64,000 nt of DNA, taken from a candidate division WS6 bacterium GW2011_GWF2_39_15 (GTDB lineage Bacteria; Patescibacteriota; Dojkabacteria; SC72). The stretch is taken from the NCBI GenBank assembly GCA_000993565.1, contig LBWK01000001.1, forward strand, positions 198,409 through 262,408. The letters run 5' to 3'. The notes beneath the pieces were generated by a model. The model was not told the origin of the DNA. It saw nothing but the letters and a program-made list of their open reading frames with translations, and made no database searches. This document shows positions 44,876 through 55,029 of this stretch, in pieces (the first letter of the stretch is position 1; every line of letters starts with the position of its first letter). A program made the translations under genes and the position numbers.

Positions 44876-46156
44876 ATGAAAAAATCATTACTATCAACAC
44901 AACCATACAAGGGAACCCAGGATTATTACCCTGAAGATATGTTTAAAAGAGACTATCTATTTAACATATGGAGAGAAACAGCAAAGGAATTCGGGTACAA
45001 AGAGTATGATACACCTATCCTGGAAGACGCTGATATATACAGGGCAAAATCAGGCGATGAACTCACAAATACACAGCTGTACAACTTTGTAGATAAAGGC
45101 GGACGGGAAATTGCTATCAGACCGGAGATGACACCCTCACTTGCAAGAATCATAGCTGCAAAATACCAGCAGCTCCCAAAGCCGATTAGATGGTTCAGTA
45201 TCGATAAGTTCTATAGGTATGAAAAACCGCAGAGAGGCCGAACCCGTGAATTTTTTCAGCTGAACATCGATATCTTTGGCATTACTCAGATGAGTGCTGA
45301 AATAGAAATTTTTAAATATATCGACAGCGTGATGAGAAAGCTTAAGGCTCCCAGAAATACATGGAAGGTTTACGTAAACAACAGATATCTGATGGACTAT
45401 ATATTCACCAAAGTTCTCAACCTGCAAGCTGATCAAATATCTAAGGTTGCACGGGCAATAGATAACTATACAAAGATATCCCCGGATGAATATCCCGAAT
45501 ATCTCTCTGAGACCGGTTTAGATAAGCTTCAGATTGGGAAACTCATTGATTTCCTTAAACAGGATTTGACCTATATCGAGAAGCTCAAGGGGGAAAGCCG
45601 TGGAGCTAAGGAACTCGTAGAGTTATTTGCAATGTGTAAAGAGCTGGGTTTGACTAGCTTTGAATTCAAACCTTACATAATGAGAGGTATAACCTATTAC
45701 ACGGGAACCGTCATCGAGATGTTTGACATAGGTGGAGATAAAAATCCGAGAGCACTTTTCGGGGGTGGCCGATATGATGACCTGCTTGAGATTTTTGGAA
45801 AGGAGAAACTCCCAGCATTTGGCATTGGATGGGGAAGTGTCACAATGATGAACTATCTTGAGACTTATAATCTCCTCCCGGAATATAGCGAGGGACTTAA
45901 TGCTTTTATTACTTTAACCCCTGGACAGAATCTCTTAGAATCTTTTAATCTTGCTGACAAACTAAGAGACGAGGGAATAAAGGTGGAAACACAACTTAAA
46001 GAGGAAGATCTCAAAAAGCAACTCGGCACTGCCAACAAAAGAAAAATCAGATATGTCTTTTTTAAGAGCGGGGATAAATGGATTGCTAAAGACATGGGAA
46101 AAGGGATTCAATCAAATCTCAATCTGGAAGACATAAAAGGATATTTCGTAAATTAG
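44876..46156 (+). CDS. hisS: Histidyl-tRNA synthetase
   Basis: Class II motif 2 RYEKPQRGRTREFFQ, motif 3 GGGRYD, anticodon-binding domain. Confidence 0.9.
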   Translation: MKKSLLSTQPYKGTQDYYPEDMFKRDYLFNIWRETAKEFGYKEYDTPILEDADIYRAKSGDELTNTQLYNFVDKGGREIAIRPEMTPSLARIIAAKYQQLPKPIRWFSIDKFYRYEKPQRGRTREFFQLNIDIFGITQMSAEIEIFKYIDSVMRKLKAPRNTWKVYVNNRYLMDYIFTKVLNLQADQISKVARAIDNYTKISPDEYPEYLSETGLDKLQIGKLIDFLKQDLTYIEKLKGESRGAKELVELFAMCKELGLTSFEFKPYIMRGITYYTGTVIEMFDIGGDKNPRALFGGGRYDDLLEIFGKEKLPAFGIGWGSVTMMNYLETYNLLPEYSEGLNAFITLTPGQNLLESFNLADKLRDEGIKVETQLKEEDLKKQLGTANKRKIRYVFFKSGDKWIAKDMGKGIQSNLNLEDIKGYFVN

Positions 46157-46192
46157 TAACTTTTTTGTAACCATTTGCGGTTATAATAAAAC

Positions 46193-46867
46193 ATGAACTT
46201 CAAACCTACCGTACTCGTAGTTGAAGACGATAAAAGAATCAACAGACTTATTGAAAGCTCTCTTTCCAAGGACTTTAATGTAATATCAACCAGAACATAC
46301 AGAGAGGCCACCAGCAATCTTCAAAGAAAACACATTGATGTCGCATGCCTGGATATAATGCTTCCCGATGGCAGTGGCTTAGACATATGCAAAATTATCA
46401 AAAAAGATTCCTGTTCAACAAAAATAATAATTTTAAGCAAAAAGACTCAGATTGGGGATAGGATTAATTCCTTTGAAACAGGTGCTGATGACTACCTCTC
46501 AAAACCCTTCTTCGTAGAAGAGCTCAATATCAGGATAAAGAGGCTTCTTCCGGGATACCATGAGAACCGCCTTGTAAAAGGGCATTACACTCTGAACCTT
46601 GAAGACTCAACAATCTCATATAAAGGGAATAAAATGTATCTGACTAAAAGCCAGATGGTAATATTAGGGAACCTGCTCAGCCCCTGCAATAAATACTGCG
46701 ATTTAGATAGCTTCATTAAATTGTATCACTCATACTCATTAGTCAACCCGACAAAGGGATCCATCAAAGTTGCTTTAAGCAGGCTGGGTTTTAGGTTTAA
46801 AAAGGAATGGGGAATCGACCTGCTCCACAGCAGGTATGGCTACGGGTACTACCTTAAATACGAGTAA
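46193..46867 (+). CDS. OmpR-family response regulator (REC plus winged helix), orphan
   Basis: VVEDD, phospho-acceptor D in LDIMLPD, SKPF; C-terminal trans_reg_C-like region; no kinase nearby. Confidence 0.75.
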   Translation: MNFKPTVLVVEDDKRINRLIESSLSKDFNVISTRTYREATSNLQRKHIDVACLDIMLPDGSGLDICKIIKKDSCSTKIIILSKKTQIGDRINSFETGADDYLSKPFFVEELNIRIKRLLPGYHENRLVKGHYTLNLEDSTISYKGNKMYLTKSQMVILGNLLSPCNKYCDLDSFIKLYHSYSLVNPTKGSIKVALSRLGFRFKKEWGIDLLHSRYGYGYYLKYE

Positions 46868-47798
46868 TATAGTCTAAAGTTTCCTGAGCACTTCTAAGTT
46901 TCATCATTTCATCTCTTAATTGTGCAGCCCCGGAAAACCCATTGATATACATCTTAAAAAATTTTTTCAATACATTGAAGTTTGTATCTTCTCCCCTGGT
47001 GTTATCAAACAATGTGACATGCATCATAAGCAGGGCAAGCTTTTCTTCCTGCGAATGAAGAACCTCCACTTTATCACCAAATAGCCAGGGGTTTTCAAAA
47101 ATACCACGCCCGATCATTACACCGTCAACACCAAATGTACCACAGTATTCAATACCCTGTTTAACAGATTTAACGTCACCATTACCTAATATCACCGTAC
47201 TTGGAGAGATACTGTCCCTCAACCGAACGGCTTTTGCTATCTCCTCCCAATGACACGGCACCTTTGATTGCTCCAAAACAGTTCTGCCATGAACAGTAAG
47301 TGCATCAGGTTTTAAGCCTAGTATATATCCAATCCATTCCTCTGTTTCGATACCCCTAAAGCCAATTCGGGTTTTGATGCTTACAGGCAGACCACAGGAA
47401 CCTTCTTTGGCGGCTAAATATATCTCTTTTGCAAGTGTCGGGTTTTTAATTAGGGCGGAACAGCCTCCAGTCTTAATTATCTTTTTTATCGGGCACCCCA
47501 TATTGATATCAATTCCATCAAACCCCATCTCAGAGACAAGTTTCCCGACCTTTCTATAGTTTTCGGGGTTCACACCCCAAACCTGTGCAATAATTGGCTT
47601 TTCAACAGACGAAAACTTTAGTCTCGCAACGACTTGTTCGTATCCAGGTGAGAAAAGACCGTCAACATTGGTAAACTCCGTAAAAAAAAGATCTGGTTTG
47701 CCAATACTGCACAATACCTGCCTAAACACTGTGTCAGTGACATCCTCCATAGGAGCAAGAGCCATAATCGGTTTCGAAAGTTTCTGCCAGATAGACAT
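46854..47798 (-). CDS. dus: tRNA-dihydrouridine synthase
   Basis: ALAPMEDVTDTVFRQV, GFDGIDINMGCP, TIM-barrel FMN site. Confidence 0.85.
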   Translation of the reverse strand: MSIWQKLSKPIMALAPMEDVTDTVFRQVLCSIGKPDLFFTEFTNVDGLFSPGYEQVVARLKFSSVEKPIIAQVWGVNPENYRKVGKLVSEMGFDGIDINMGCPIKKIIKTGGCSALIKNPTLAKEIYLAAKEGSCGLPVSIKTRIGFRGIETEEWIGYILGLKPDALTVHGRTVLEQSKVPCHWEEIAKAVRLRDSISPSTVILGNGDVKSVKQGIEYCGTFGVDGVMIGRGIFENPWLFGDKVEVLHSQEEKLALLMMHVTLFDNTRGEDTNFNVLKKFFKMYINGFSGAAQLRDEMMKLRSAQETLDYITRI

Positions 47799-47800
47799 AA

Positions 47801-48238
47801 TTAAGTGATGATCTCTTTTAAATATGCCAGTGTAATTCTGAACACTGCGTTGCCGGCTCCGCCTGCTGCAATTAATTCCCTTGTACTATCAAAACCCTCT
47901 TCAATATACGTCTCAAGTTTGTGTTTATGACCAAATGGAGGAACTCCGCCGATTGAGTATCCTGTAACATCTTTTACTTCGTCGGCATTTGCCATTCTGA
48001 TGTCATCGGTTCCAAATCTCATTGCTAGCTTCTCTAAATCAAGTCTCTTATCGCCAGGCACCAGAAAAAGCTTATAGCCGCCATCTATTTTTACCAAAAG
48101 TGACTTTACAATGTTTGACACGGGGACATTATGAACTTGAGCAGCTTGTACAGCGGTTTTTGTCGGCTCCGAAGTAACAATTATGTCAACTTGGATCCTA
48201 CTGTCTTCTACATATTTCTTAAAAGTATCATATGCCAT
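47801..48238 (-). CDS. YbaK/ProX-family aminoacyl-tRNA deacylase domain protein
   Basis: Size and GGVPPFGH motif. Confidence 0.7.
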   Translation of the reverse strand: MAYDTFKKYVEDSRIQVDIIVTSEPTKTAVQAAQVHNVPVSNIVKSLLVKIDGGYKLFLVPGDKRLDLEKLAMRFGTDDIRMANADEVKDVTGYSIGGVPPFGHKHKLETYIEEGFDSTRELIAAGGAGNAVFRITLAYLKEIIT

Positions 48239-48316
48239 AGTATTTTAAATTCCTTTATTTATATATCTTGAATTATAATTGATATAATACCTCAGTTATA
48301 ATAAACTGTATACGAA

Positions 48317-48721
48317 ATGGCTGCCCATAGGTCGCAAGGTAAAATGGAACTTTTTGATCCTAGAGAACTCCGTAATAGTATTACCCCATATCAATTTATT
48401 GTGAATACTATTCAGGACTTTTTAAACTGGTGGTACATAAAACAACCGGTAGCTATTTTAAAGCATTATATCAGGCTTATCGATATTATTGATGATAGAT
48501 TCTCAACATCCTTCCTGCTTAGAACTTTCTTTGTCCCTTGGCATAGAGATAATCAGCCTGTCGGCTATCTTGTAGGAGTCATTGCCCGGCTATTCTTTAT
48601 ACCCTTGGGACTCACTCTTATTGCATTAACAACGACTGGATACTTTTCCCTTCTGCTATTCTGGATTGTAATACCGTGGACTGCACTTGTCATGTTTTTA
48701 ATCTCACCCTTTTTAGGATAG
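48317..48721 (+). CDS. Small membrane protein (2 C-terminal TM helices) immediately preceding the Clp-type ATPase
   Basis: Stop codon abuts the next ATG (TAG-ATG). Confidence 0.4.
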   Translation: MAAHRSQGKMELFDPRELRNSITPYQFIVNTIQDFLNWWYIKQPVAILKHYIRLIDIIDDRFSTSFLLRTFFVPWHRDNQPVGYLVGVIARLFFIPLGLTLIALTTTGYFSLLLFWIVIPWTALVMFLISPFLG

Positions 48722-51418
48722 ATGGCTATAGAATTTGAACAAACAAATAAAATCGTATACGGTTACCATAACAGGGATAACAATAAATATTCGATAATAA
48801 AGAATAAATACCCGATAATAGGAGAGAAGAATTTCCAGCAGTTTATGGTTACCAGAGACAGCATCTTTACTGTTTCGGAATCGGATATCACCAAAATAGC
48901 CAAAGGGTATACTAGCTTTAACATCTATCAGGATATACAGAGAAAACTTGCAAATGCCATTATTATCCCGGGCATTGTTGTATCTCTCAGCTACGTTCTG
49001 AAGATATTTGGAGATACACAATATTTGGTCGCACTGGAAAATATTATTCCAAATAGAATAATAAATACTGTTTTCTGGCTAGCAGCTCTAGGAGTTATAC
49101 TTCTCTGGTTCACCACATATCGTAAATTTACAAGCCCTTACAAACTCCCCCAACTTAAAGCAATAAATGAAACTGAATTGGATCTTATTAAATCAGGCGA
49201 TATCAAATTCGGCAGGTACTCGCAGCTAAATACTATTGATTACCTTTCTGAGGGTCTTCTTGATTACTTTGAACTGCTCGATCGAAATAAGTATCAGATC
49301 AGCTCAATTATTCCATACCTTCTAAAAGACGATCTTGTAATGAGAATGTTTAAAAGATCTGGACTTGAGAATCTTTCTAACACCTTAACAAATGACCCCG
49401 AACTCTTTAAAGACCTAAACGCAATTTCACTTGAGGGTTTCCGAAGCCTAATTCTCTACGCCTGCGAAGAGGCACTAGTTACCGGATCACGAGATTTACA
49501 ACCCGTTCATCTTTTCCTAGCTCTTTTCAGAGTACTCCCGGGATTAGTAAAGGAACTCCAGAAAAGAAACTCAACCCAAAGAGTACTACGCCAGAGCTAT
49601 ATTTACGAAAAAGATCTTGATCTCAAAATATCCAAGAGCTTCTTTGATCCAGATTTTGATTACCATAAAACTAATGGAGTGGCCAAATCATGGGCATATG
49701 GCTACACCTTCATTCTCAATCATTTCAGTAGAGAAATAAACGAAGAAGTTGCAAACAGTTTTGAGAAGTTTGGAATAGGTCATATGGAAGAAGTCGAAGA
49801 ACTTGTTTCAATCATCGGAAAAATCGGAAAAAGAAACGCTCTTTTAATTGGGGATCCCGGAGTGGGAAAGAGCAGTCTCATAAAAGGTCTCGCACAAAGG
49901 ATTAACAATGGTGATGTTCCTCCTCAGCTCATAGGGAAAAGGATTGTACAGTTAGACCTTAATGGGATGATAGCGTACTCCTCAAACCTCAAGAACACGG
50001 AAGCGGTTGTCCAGAAAGCAATGGACGAACTCAAAAGGGCAGGCAATACCATTTTGTATATTGATGAACTTCAGGAACTTATCCCTGCTAAAGCGGATGA
50101 GTCTGGCCACTCCCTGGCTGGCATCCTGCTCCCGTATATTCTGGAAGGTCATTTCCCGGTTATCGGAACTGTAAACTATGCAAACTATAAGAAATATTTC
50201 TATACAAACGAGAGTTTCAGACAGAGCTTTAACAATATCGAGGTAAAAGAGCTAAGTCAAACAGACACCATAACTATCCTACAAAGCAAGGTCGAGAAGC
50301 TTGAAGATCTTTTCAAGCTGTACATAACAACACCGGCACTCACTGCAGCTGCGGAGCTGGCTCAAAGGTACATACATGATCGAATGCTCCCAGATAGTGC
50401 GGTAGATGTACTTGAATCAGCCTGTTCATGGGCACAGTCAAATAATGTACCGGTCCTAACGACGGAGCATGTCTCCAAGATTGTATCAATCCAAACAAAC
50501 ATAGATGTAGAGTCTGTTTCCACTCTGGATGTTGATAAGGTAATAAAGCTCGAAGAAAAGATTAAAAGCAAAGTTATTGGACAAGATGAAGCCGTGGGTG
50601 TTGTAGTAGAAGCCATTAAGCGATCCAAAACAGGTATAAGAAATCCGAATAAGCCTATTGGGGTATTTATGTTCATAGGACCAACCGGGGTAGGGAAGAC
50701 CTATCTGGCTAAGGTACTGGCTCAGGAGTTCTTTAGTGCCAAGTCAGATATTGTACGGATAGATATGTCTGAGTACCAGGATGAAGGAAGTGTTAATAGA
50801 CTACTGGGGGGGTCCTCAAACAGCGAGCAATCTATAAGTCTTGTCGATAAGATTAAGAAAGATCCGTATTCAGTAGTCCTCTTTGACGAAATTGAGAAGG
50901 CAAACCCTCAGGTTCTGGACCTCTTCCTTCAGATTTTTGATGAGGGCAGGGTAACCAGTATCTCAGGCGAGACTATTAATTTCACAAACTCCATCATCAT
51001 CTGCACAAGCAACATTGCCAGTGATATGATCATGAAGAACTTTGCCCAGAACATGCTATGGGAACAGATTAAAGACTTGGTGCTGATAGAACTTAAGCAG
51101 AGTGTACGTCCGGAGCTTTTCAACAGATTTGACAATATTGTTGTCTTTTCTCCACAATCTATTGCTACACTTGCGCAAATTTCCTCACTTCTACTAGGAG
51201 AGCTAGCCTCCCGTTTATCTGAGCAGGGGGTAACAGTAACATGGGAGTCTACAATACCGATGTTAATAGCAAGTAAAGCATATGATCCCGCATTAGGAGC
51301 GAGACCTATAAAAAGATACATCCAGGAGAATATTGAGGGGAACATAGCAAATGAAATAATAAACGAGGGGAAGAAACCTGGTAGTACAATAAAGATAAAG
51401 GAAAGCTGGATTATATAG
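48722..51418 (+). CDS. Clp/Hsp100-family double-AAA+ ATPase with an N-terminal membrane anchor (2 TM) and Clp_N-like repeat; no ClpB middle domain and no obvious ClpP-docking IGF/L loop
   Basis: NBD1 GDPGVGKSSLIKGLAQRINNGDVP, NBD2 FIGPTGVGKTYLAKVLA with sensor-2 GARPIKRYIQ; hydrophobic helices at about aa 80-140; HLFLALF Clp_N-like segment. Confidence 0.8.
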   Translation: MAIEFEQTNKIVYGYHNRDNNKYSIIKNKYPIIGEKNFQQFMVTRDSIFTVSESDITKIAKGYTSFNIYQDIQRKLANAIIIPGIVVSLSYVLKIFGDTQYLVALENIIPNRIINTVFWLAALGVILLWFTTYRKFTSPYKLPQLKAINETELDLIKSGDIKFGRYSQLNTIDYLSEGLLDYFELLDRNKYQISSIIPYLLKDDLVMRMFKRSGLENLSNTLTNDPELFKDLNAISLEGFRSLILYACEEALVTGSRDLQPVHLFLALFRVLPGLVKELQKRNSTQRVLRQSYIYEKDLDLKISKSFFDPDFDYHKTNGVAKSWAYGYTFILNHFSREINEEVANSFEKFGIGHMEEVEELVSIIGKIGKRNALLIGDPGVGKSSLIKGLAQRINNGDVPPQLIGKRIVQLDLNGMIAYSSNLKNTEAVVQKAMDELKRAGNTILYIDELQELIPAKADESGHSLAGILLPYILEGHFPVIGTVNYANYKKYFYTNESFRQSFNNIEVKELSQTDTITILQSKVEKLEDLFKLYITTPALTAAAELAQRYIHDRMLPDSAVDVLESACSWAQSNNVPVLTTEHVSKIVSIQTNIDVESVSTLDVDKVIKLEEKIKSKVIGQDEAVGVVVEAIKRSKTGIRNPNKPIGVFMFIGPTGVGKTYLAKVLAQEFFSAKSDIVRIDMSEYQDEGSVNRLLGGSSNSEQSISLVDKIKKDPYSVVLFDEIEKANPQVLDLFLQIFDEGRVTSISGETINFTNSIIICTSNIASDMIMKNFAQNMLWEQIKDLVLIELKQSVRPELFNRFDNIVVFSPQSIATLAQISSLLLGELASRLSEQGVTVTWESTIPMLIASKAYDPALGARPIKRYIQENIEGNIANEIINEGKKPGSTIKIKESWII

Positions 51419-51556
51419 TCCGACGAGATATTCATCTCGCTTAAATATCATTAATTGTGTATCCAAACTTTTAAGCTATAAATATATTTCTATCGGGTTG
51501 CTTGTTTATTTTGAGCAGGTTTATTAACCTGTTTAATAACTTCTCACAAACTTTTT

Positions 51557-51982
51557 ATGCCACCAAGATCTAATATGGAAATATCCAGTTTGATGCGAGA
51601 ACGGCCTTCACTAGCAATTCTTCAGTGTGACCTTTTACAGCATGGTTTAGAGTTTGACAGCATAATTGAAGGCGATCTCCCATGGCATGAGATTGTAGTA
51701 GGATGCAGATCAGCGAGTGCCGTTGTTAACGAAACATTAATACAATTTCCAGGACGAGTCACTTTTCCGGAAAGAGAAAATAGTGTTTTACGATGTGGCA
51801 ATCATATAATCGAGGGGCCCTATATAGGAATAACAGTCAGTAACCCAAGATCAAATGCGGAGATAATCGTGTTATCTGGAAGAAATGGTTGCGTTCATAT
51901 CAACCTTGATCGGAGAAAGAACCTTTCCACTTTCTATCAAACTGCTCCACTGACTGAGTTTCAACAAGGAGTGCTATTTTGA
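51557..51982 (+). CDS. Questionable 141-aa ORF in a 630-bp gap between the Clp gene and rpmF
   Basis: ORF only; no RBS; no domain; local GC seems higher than the surroundings. Confidence 0.25.
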   Translation: MPPRSNMEISSLMRERPSLAILQCDLLQHGLEFDSIIEGDLPWHEIVVGCRSASAVVNETLIQFPGRVTFPERENSVLRCGNHIIEGPYIGITVSNPRSNAEIIVLSGRNGCVHINLDRRKNLSTFYQTAPLTEFQQGVLF

Positions 51983-52047
51983 CAGGTTGCACATAGCCCT
52001 CTTTTCCCATATAATCAACATGTTATATAAGTTATAGAACCTGATAA

Positions 52048-52254
52048 ATGGGTGCACTACCAAAACGAAAACTATCCAAGGGTAGGAGAGACCGAAGAAG
52101 GTCACAGGACGCACTAAAGGCTCCTGCTTTAAGTATATGTCCAAAGTGTAAAAAGGCTAAAAGGCCTCACTTTGTATGTGAATACTGCGGATACTACGGA
52201 CCTGCAACTAAGGAAGAGAATAAGGCAACTGCCAAAACAGAAACCAAGAAGTAA
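52048..52254 (+). CDS. rpmF: Ribosomal protein bL32
   Basis: [24 protein letters not shown]...CPKC...C..C zinc-ribbon L32. Confidence 0.85.
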   Translation: MGALPKRKLSKGRRDRRRSQDALKAPALSICPKCKKAKRPHFVCEYCGYYGPATKEENKATAKTETKK

Positions 52255-52256
52255 TA

Positions 52257-52697
52257 ATGAAGAAAGCAACTGATCCAAGACACTTAGCAAGAGTATTAGC
52301 ACTTCAATATCTTTTCTCTAAAGATTTCAACATTAACCCTGCAATAGGGGATAGAGTTCAATATACACAGGACGAGCTTGCAAAGATTGATGAAATAGAT
52401 AAATATGACAATGACCTTTTTACAAGCATCATTGATGGTTTAAAGAACGATGTTTCTGAAGCGGACAACATCATAAAGCGATACGCCCCGCAATGGCCGG
52501 TAGAACAGATAAAGAAAGTGGATCTGGTAATACTGCGAATTGCCATTCAGGAAGGATTTCTTTCAAAGATTACACCACCCAAAGTTGCAATTGATGAAGC
52601 AATTGAACTTGCAAAAGACTTTGGAGGCTCAGCCAGTGATAAGTTTATAAACGGTGTGCTCGGAGCAATATATGAGGAGACCAAAAAGGAGAAATAA
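52257..52697 (+). CDS. nusB: Transcription antitermination factor NusB-family protein
   Basis: [14 protein letters not shown]-terminal motif, all-helical, size. Confidence 0.75.
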   Translation: MKKATDPRHLARVLALQYLFSKDFNINPAIGDRVQYTQDELAKIDEIDKYDNDLFTSIIDGLKNDVSEADNIIKRYAPQWPVEQIKKVDLVILRIAIQEGFLSKITPPKVAIDEAIELAKDFGGSASDKFINGVLGAIYEETKKEK

Positions 52698-53402
52698 ATG
52701 GAAGATCTAAAAGCATACTTAGAAAAGCTAGGAATAAGAGGAGTTAAAAACATCAGCTACTTTGAAGAGGCCTTTACTCATAGATCATATGTGAACGAAG
52801 CTAAAAGAAAACAGGGAATAAATCATAATGAAAGACTTGAGTTTTTAGGAGATGCAGTACTTGAACTCATAATTTCCCAATACCTCTTCCAAACCTTCCC
52901 AGATAGACCCGAAGGAGAACTTACCAGTTTCAGAGCTGCAACAGTCAAGACAGAAACTCTGGCCAGTGTAGCAAGAACGTTAGGGTACGGTCAATATTTA
53001 AGAATGTCCAACGGGGAAGAAGCCACAGGAGGAAGGGATAAAGATTACCTTCTTGCAAATACATTTGAAGCCGTACTGGGAGCTCTTTACCTGGATCAGG
53101 GAATTGAAGCATGTGAGTCTTACGTTAGAGAGAAATTAATAATTTTAATCCCTAGCATTGTTGAAAACAGACTCGATATAGATCCTAAAACAAAGTTTCA
53201 AGAACTTGCTCAGGAGCTTTTTAAAGTTACTCCTATTTACGAAGTCATTAAGGAAGAGGGACCAGATCATAATAAAATATTCACAATGGCTGTGATAATC
53301 AACGGAAAAGAACTCGGGAGAGGTGAAGGTGCAAGTAAACAAAAGGCTGAGGAACAGGCCGCAACAGCAGCCCTTCTATCAGTAGCAGCCGATAATAAAT
53401 AA
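52698..53402 (+). CDS. rnc: Ribonuclease III
   Basis: ERLEFLGDAVLEL signature, C-terminal dsRBD. Confidence 0.9.
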   Translation: MEDLKAYLEKLGIRGVKNISYFEEAFTHRSYVNEAKRKQGINHNERLEFLGDAVLELIISQYLFQTFPDRPEGELTSFRAATVKTETLASVARTLGYGQYLRMSNGEEATGGRDKDYLLANTFEAVLGALYLDQGIEACESYVREKLIILIPSIVENRLDIDPKTKFQELAQELFKVTPIYEVIKEEGPDHNKIFTMAVIINGKELGRGEGASKQKAEEQAATAALLSVAADNK

Positions 53403-53448
53403 TATAAAACTTGAATTACGTTAACCCATCTGTTACAATAACCAAGCT

Positions 53449-53760
53449 ATGTTAAAGATCAGATTAAAAAGAATAGGAAAAAGAGGAGAGCCCCACTACA
53501 GAATAGTAGTTATACCTTCTACCTCTAATAGAAGCAGTAAAGCAATTGCAGAAGTAGGGTATTACAATCCAAGAACAAACCCTTCAACATTCACCATAGA
53601 AAAGGAAAAAGTTGAAGAGTGGCTAAAAAAAGGTGCCCAGCCTACAGAGACAGTTGCACACTTTCTTATAAAAAATGGTATCATGAAAAAATTAAAAAAA
53701 GGTTCTACTCTTTCCAAGGGTAGGGCAAAAAAGAAAAACGCTGACAGCGCTAATTCATAA
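53449..53760 (+). CDS. rpsP: Ribosomal protein bS16 with a Lys-rich C-terminal tail
   Basis: MLKIRLKRIGKRGEPHYRIVV... Confidence 0.9.
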   Translation: MLKIRLKRIGKRGEPHYRIVVIPSTSNRSSKAIAEVGYYNPRTNPSTFTIEKEKVEEWLKKGAQPTETVAHFLIKNGIMKKLKKGSTLSKGRAKKKNADSANS

Positions 53761-53789
53761 GTAAGTAAATTTATCATATTTTAGTTATC

Positions 53790-54107
53790 ATGAAGGACCT
53801 TTTAGAGTACATAGTTAAAGGTATCGTCAATAATCCCGATGAAGTTGTCATCGAAGAGAAGGATAGTGTTGATTTCCCGGGATTGATGATCTTAAATATC
53901 AAAGTTTCTGAACAGGATAAAGGAGTAGTAATTGGCAGAAAAGGTAGAACAATCAATGCTATCAGAGATCTCATAACAATAAGTGCTATACGAAACGATA
54001 AGAGAGTGAAAGTACTTGTAGACGAAGATCAGAGACCTGGTAACAAGGTTGAGGAGACTCAAGCAGATGAGAGTTCAAATGAAGATATGCTAAACGACGA
54101 GATTTAA
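53790..54107 (+). CDS. khpA: KH-domain RNA-binding protein (KhpA/YlqC-like)
   Basis: GVVIGRKGRTINAIRDL GXXG loop; typical position after rpsP. Confidence 0.75.
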   Translation: MKDLLEYIVKGIVNNPDEVVIEEKDSVDFPGLMILNIKVSEQDKGVVIGRKGRTINAIRDLITISAIRNDKRVKVLVDEDQRPGNKVEETQADESSNEDMLNDEI

Positions 54108-54117
54108 AAAGTCGGAG

Positions 54118-55029
54118 CTATTTTTCTATACTTTCTGACTTTTCCTTAAATATATCTATCACGCTTTTATATTGAGCATATGAGCTCATTGGAACATATA
54201 TATCCAATGCAGGCAAACTTGCTTTATTAAGATAATATCCTGTTATGATAAGGGATAACTCCCAGTCATTAGTTCCTGCCACTTGCTTTAGCTCAATACT
54301 GTCTGCAGAGATTATAAAAGGTGACACATTTTGCAGCTCATCAAGAAAATCAACAACCTTAGTTAACGATCCAACATACTTCAAAGGACCGCTCACTCCT
54401 TTTATGACGGGATCAACATCCCGTTTCTCCCCTTTACTTCGTATAAGAATATCACCTGCAAGTATCTCCTTAAAATCAAGTCCCTTGTGTTCTGCCAAAT
54501 CGTTGACATAGAGAACAAAGTCAGAAACCTGAAGAGAGAACGGAATAACATCCCGGGAGACAGCAAGATCCTGCTGGAGCTGTCCGACATCTATTCGACC
54601 TATCTCAGTTTCAAGCTGATTAAGCTTCTTTATATTCTCAGCGACCTGACCCTTCTCATTTCTAAACTCAATCGCTTTAGTGATCATTGGAACATATACA
54701 AAAATTGTAAGGATAATCAGAAGAAAGAGACTCAAAACAGGGATAAACAGGTCAGATGGTTTAAATGATTTTACATCGACCTGCAGCTGTTTCAATTCAT
54801 CAATAACACCACTTTTCTGACGTCTTTTGAAATCGGCTTCCGGTGCAAGGGGTGTGGCAGGGGCTGCGACTGGCACAGCAGTCTCAGTCTGAACTTTCGG
54901 TTTATTCGAGGTTAATGACTCCTGCTGTGGTGCCGCAGATGAAATGGCTTTGGCTTCTGCTTCTGGCTCTTTATTAACTTCCGGCATTTTTTGCAAATTC
55001 ATTAAAGTTAAGCTTACCTTCAAATTCAA
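54118..55029 (-). CDS. PilO-like pilus assembly protein (bitopic)
   Basis: Position after pilM-pilN; one TM plus coiled coil plus periplasmic domain; the true start is probably an internal Met (about 54987), since the annotated ORF overlaps pilN by 56 nt. Confidence 0.5.
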   Translation of the reverse strand: MNLKVSLTLMNLQKMPEVNKEPEAEAKAISSAAPQQESLTSNKPKVQTETAVPVAAPATPLAPEADFKRRQKSGVIDELKQLQVDVKSFKPSDLFIPVLSLFLLIILTIFVYVPMITKAIEFRNEKGQVAENIKKLNQLETEIGRIDVGQLQQDLAVSRDVIPFSLQVSDFVLYVNDLAEHKGLDFKEILAGDILIRSKGEKRDVDPVIKGVSGPLKYVGSLTKVVDFLDELQNVSPFIISADSIELKQVAGTNDWELSLIITGYYLNKASLPALDIYVPMSSYAQYKSVIDIFKEKSESIEK

